A stretch of 10,587 bases of DNA from Planctomycetota bacterium (GTDB taxonomy: Bacteria > Planctomycetota > GCA-002687715 > DRQF01), in NCBI GenBank assembly GCA_036479435.1, contig JAZGFI010000149.1, positions 1 through 10,587 of the forward strand, in the 5' to 3' direction. Below, piece after piece: positions 7,675 through 10,587 of this stretch (the first letter of the stretch is position 1; every line of letters starts with the position of its first letter). Made by a program: the position numbers and the translations under genes. The notes beneath the pieces are model-generated. The model was not told the DNA's origin, ran no database searches, and saw nothing but the letters and a program-made list of their open reading frames with translations.

Positions 7675-9180
7675 ATGTGCGGATTCATCGGCATCTACGG
7701 CCCCGAAGGCCAAGACGTGGCGGCAGAGATCTACGAAGGTCTGCTGGCGATCCAACACCGTGGTCAAGACGCGGCCGGTATCACGACCTTCACGGATTCC
7801 TTTCACGTCAAAAAGGGCTCAGGTCTGGTCATTGAAGTCTTTGACGAACGCGATATGCGAGGCCTCGCGGGCAATCTCGGCCTGGGCCATGTTCGCTATC
7901 CGACGGTCGGTGGCGGCGGCAACGAAGACGCACAGCCCTTTCATCACACCTACCCTTTGGGCGTCGCCATGGCGCACAACGGCAACGTGACCAATCTCGC
8001 CGAGCTCACGCAAGACCGCTTTGTCGGCAAGGGCACTCGGCTGAATTCGACTTGTGATGTCGAAGTTATCCTGTGGGTTTTTCAGCACAGCTTGGCTCAA
8101 CAGCTTGAAAAAGAGGGCGAGCTGAAGGCAGAGCATGTGTTCAAGGCGGTTGCGGCGGTCTACGAGAAGGTAAAAGGCGCCTATTCGGTGGTGGCGACGA
8201 TCGCCGATCTCGGGATGATCGCTTTTCGTGATCCCTACGGTATCAAGCCGATTTGTTTCGGCGAACGGACGGATGAGGCCGGCACTTGGTATGCCTGCGC
8301 CTCCGAGTCCGTGGTCCTCGACGTCAACGGCTACGATCGCACCGTCGATGTCGGACCCGGGGAGGCGATCTTCGTCGACAAGGATCGGAGGGTTACCCGT
8401 CAAAAGATCAACGCAGAGGAGCACCACCCCTGTGTTTTTGAGCTCGTGTACTTTGCGCGGCCGGATTCGTTTTTGGACGACGTTTCGGTCTACAAGACCC
8501 GGATGCGTTTCGGCGAAGCGCTGGCGAAACAGTGGCGCGACAGCGGGGCCCCGACCCCCGACGTGGTGATCCCCATCCCCGACTCTTCGCGGGACGCGGC
8601 CATCGCGATGGCCAGTGAATTGGGCGTTCCCTGCCGCGAGGGCCTGGTGAAAAACCGCTACATCGGGCGGACCTTCATCATGCCCGACCAAAAGAGCCGC
8701 ACCTCATCGGTCCGTCGCAAGCTAAACCCGATTCCCTTAGAGTTTAAGGACAAACGGGTGCTTTTGGTCGACGACTCGATCGTGCGAGGGACGACCTCGA
8801 AGCGGATCGTCGAAACGGCGCGCAAAGTTGGTGCTCGTGAGGTCTATTTTGCGGTTACCAGTCCGCCCCTAGTGGCGCCTTGCCCCTACGGCATCGACAT
8901 GGCCAGCAAACGCGAGTTTTTGGCCGAAGGGAAAACGGTCGCGGAGGTTGCTGAGTACCTCGATGTCGATCATTTGGTCTATCTCGACCGCGAGGCCATG
9001 AACGATGCGGCGCGTGCGGGCAACGAGAAGCTCGACAAGTTTTGCAACGCGTGTTTTTGTGGTGAGTACCCAACCGCCGACATTACTCTGGAGCGTCTTC
9101 GTTTGATCGAAGCTGAACGTGAGTCCTTTGGCACTCGCGCTTCGGTGCGCGGCGCGAGTGACCCCGCGGCCGTCAGCTAG
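7675..9180 (+). CDS. purF: Amidophosphoribosyltransferase (glutamine PRPP amidotransferase)
   Basis: Ntn nucleophile MCG; motifs QHRGQD, GHVRYPT, AHNGN, CVFELVYFARPDS and KNRYIGRTFIMP; PRPP-binding loop VLLVDDSIVRGTT; YGIDM. Confidence 0.98.
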   Translation: MCGFIGIYGPEGQDVAAEIYEGLLAIQHRGQDAAGITTFTDSFHVKKGSGLVIEVFDERDMRGLAGNLGLGHVRYPTVGGGGNEDAQPFHHTYPLGVAMAHNGNVTNLAELTQDRFVGKGTRLNSTCDVEVILWVFQHSLAQQLEKEGELKAEHVFKAVAAVYEKVKGAYSVVATIADLGMIAFRDPYGIKPICFGERTDEAGTWYACASESVVLDVNGYDRTVDVGPGEAIFVDKDRRVTRQKINAEEHHPCVFELVYFARPDSFLDDVSVYKTRMRFGEALAKQWRDSGAPTPDVVIPIPDSSRDAAIAMASELGVPCREGLVKNRYIGRTFIMPDQKSRTSSVRRKLNPIPLEFKDKRVLLVDDSIVRGTTSKRIVETARKVGAREVYFAVTSPPLVAPCPYGIDMASKREFLAEGKTVAEVAEYLDVDHLVYLDREAMNDAARAGNEKLDKFCNACFCGEYPTADITLERLRLIEAERESFGTRASVRGASDPAAVS

Positions 9181-10018
9181 ACTAGCGATTTCAGCGCTTT
9201 GGCCAGGCGCTCATAGTCAGAGACCTGATTGTAGACCTGAGCGGAGATTCGCAGCGTTCGACCCGAAGGCGTCGGGAAGGGCATGACCGGCACTTCGATT
9301 TGATGGTCTCGAAAAAGCGCCTCCTGTAAAGGGTCGATGGCTAAGGGGTCTGACGATGGCGCGTCTCGATCCGAGAGCCGAAACGATGCCATGCTGCCCA
9401 TGGCGTTTTCGGGGGCAAGCCGGTCCGATCTTGGATGATGCGCGCTCCGACTAATGCCAGATGGCGATTGTGAGACATGACGCCGGGCCATCCGTTTTTG
9501 TGAAAAGACGCCATCGTTGCGAGGGCTTGGGGCAGGCTCAGCACCGCTGATGGGTCGCGCGTTCCGGCCTAGTCAAATTCGAGGTGGAAACGGCTGCGGC
9601 TGTGAATCGGGGCGTTGGCGCCGTGGGAAATAACGGCGGGGCGAAGTCCTTCGCGACGATCTGCCCGAGCGTGGAGAAAAGCGGCGCTCTTCGGGGCGCA
9701 AATCCACTTGTGCAGGTTGCCGGCATAAAAGGCCGCGCCGAGGCGATCCAACTCCAAGGGCAGCATCCCCGGTCCGTGCGCGCCGTCAACAAAGACGATG
9801 CCCTCGGGATCGGCTCCGACAAATTCGGAAAGGGCGACGCGGCTGTGCTCCCAAACCTCGGGCAGCCGCTTTAGCATGAAGCGCACGGGCTCGGCCTCAA
9901 GCTCATCGCGCCAACGGCGCTGGTCCTGAAGGACCGCCCGGGGGCAAGCGCCGAACGAGCCATGATTCAGATAGGTGATGGAGGGATCGAGGGCAAAAGC
10001 CGAGGCCGCGTCGTTCAT
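9177..10018 (-). pseudogene. Disrupted class V PLP-dependent enzyme (isopenicillin N epimerase CefD / cysteine desulfhydrase / Egt2-like family)
   Basis: Family motifs YLNHGSFGACP, VDGAHGPG, GNLHKWICAPK (PLP Lys at 9709-9707), EFD*AGTRDPSA, GSMASF and LRISAQVYN are spread over ORFs 9569..10018, 9341..9544 and 9177..9491. In-frame TAG at 9571-9569, frameshift near 9411-9420, and the central segment is missing at about 9788. Confidence 0.88.
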
Positions 10019-10132
10019 GCTCGCAAACTAACGGGTGTCCTTGGCGGCGTCGAGCCGAGGAACCACGGTTGGCTCTTTTTTGACTATGATTCCCAAGTAC
10101 CTGGAACATCGACAAAAGCGGAACCCGAAGTC

Positions 10133-10587
10133 ATGGCGCAAGAATCAGAATCGCAAGGCAACCCGGCGGCAGCGAGGGGCGCCGCAATGGCCCTGCTGAC
10201 CGCAGCCTTGATCGTGGTGGGAGGCATGTGGTGGCAGGGTCAAAGTGAACTTGCATCCTCGCGCGAGGAAGTCAAAAAACAGCAGGACCAACAGCGAGGC
10301 GCGACTCGCGAGCTCTCGCGCTGGCGACGTTTAGCTCTCCGGGGCGAAGTGGACTCCTTAGTGCAAAGATCGGAACAGCTGTGGCCGGCTCGGCCGCAAA
10401 ACATCGATGCCTATAAGACCTGGTTGAACGACGCGCAACAGCTATTGAAACGAACGGAAGACCTCCGGCGGTTAAAGGCAGAACTCGGCCAGCGAGCGCA
10501 GCCCGCCGGAAACGCCGCCGGCGATCGCCCGCAAGACGCTGCCTTAAGGGCGGCGCGGAGGCAGGTGGGAGAGCTGGTCGACTCAGC
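10133..10587 (+). CDS. Membrane-anchored helical/coiled-coil protein, N-terminal part (3' truncated by window edge)
   Basis: The frame is open from ATG 10133 to the end of the window: MAQESESQGNPAAARGAAMALLTAALIVVGGMWWQGQSELASSREEVKKQQDQQ...LVQRSEQLWPARPQNIDAYKTWLNDAQQLLKRTEDLRRLKAEL... One TM helix is followed by charged helical sequence. It is absent from the ORF track because there is no stop codon in the window. Confidence 0.8.
   Translation, partial: MAQESESQGNPAAARGAAMALLTAALIVVGGMWWQGQSELASSREEVKKQQDQQRGATRELSRWRRLALRGEVDSLVQRSEQLWPARPQNIDAYKTWLNDAQQLLKRTEDLRRLKAELGQRAQPAGNAAGDRPQDAALRAARRQVGELVDS

Noticed and set aside
7546..7806. 86-aa minus-strand ORF crossing the purF start
   Set aside because: Overlaps purF antisense, with no motif or RBS support.
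7819..8691. 290-aa antisense ORF
   Set aside because: Entirely within purF on the opposite strand; codon-bias shadow.
9405..9420. Programmed ribosomal frameshift
   Set aside because: No canonical X XXY YYZ slippery heptamer, and it lies downstream of a nonsense codon.
9569..9571. Pyrrolysine or amber readthrough
   Set aside because: The position is a conserved Trp one substitution from TAG, TAG is a normal stop here, and the gene has two other lesions.
9177..10587. Ergothioneine cluster (Egt2/EgtE-like lyase next to an EgtB/SUMF1-like gene)
   Set aside because: The divergent ORF starts with a TM and coiled coil rather than a DinB-like EgtB domain, no egtD is in view, and the lyase is broken.

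Overview
GC-rich, gene-dense bacterial chromosomal window. Protein style suggests an uncultured Planctomycetota-like lineage (inference only). On the + strand: the 3' end of an ABC-2 type ATPase, its permease, a membrane-anchored protein with about four prealbumin/carboxypeptidase-regulatory-like repeats, and a secreted three-domain protein (YVTN-like beta-propeller + TraB/Tiki/EreA-ChaN-like domain + DUF4440/SnoaL-like domain). A convergent MMPL/RND exporter follows, divergent from purF. This PurF has no propeptide but keeps all four Fe-S ligand cysteines. Downstream and convergent lies a CefD/Egt2-like class V PLP enzyme pseudogene with three separate lesions: a large in-frame deletion, an amber codon at a conserved Trp, and a frameshift. 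The window ends in the start of a membrane-anchored coiled-coil protein absent from the ORF track. No RNA genes, CRISPR arrays or mobile elements were recognised. The best candidates for novelty are the three-domain fusion, the hybrid-type PurF and the decayed PLP enzyme; no complete novel multi-gene system can be supported from sequence alone.
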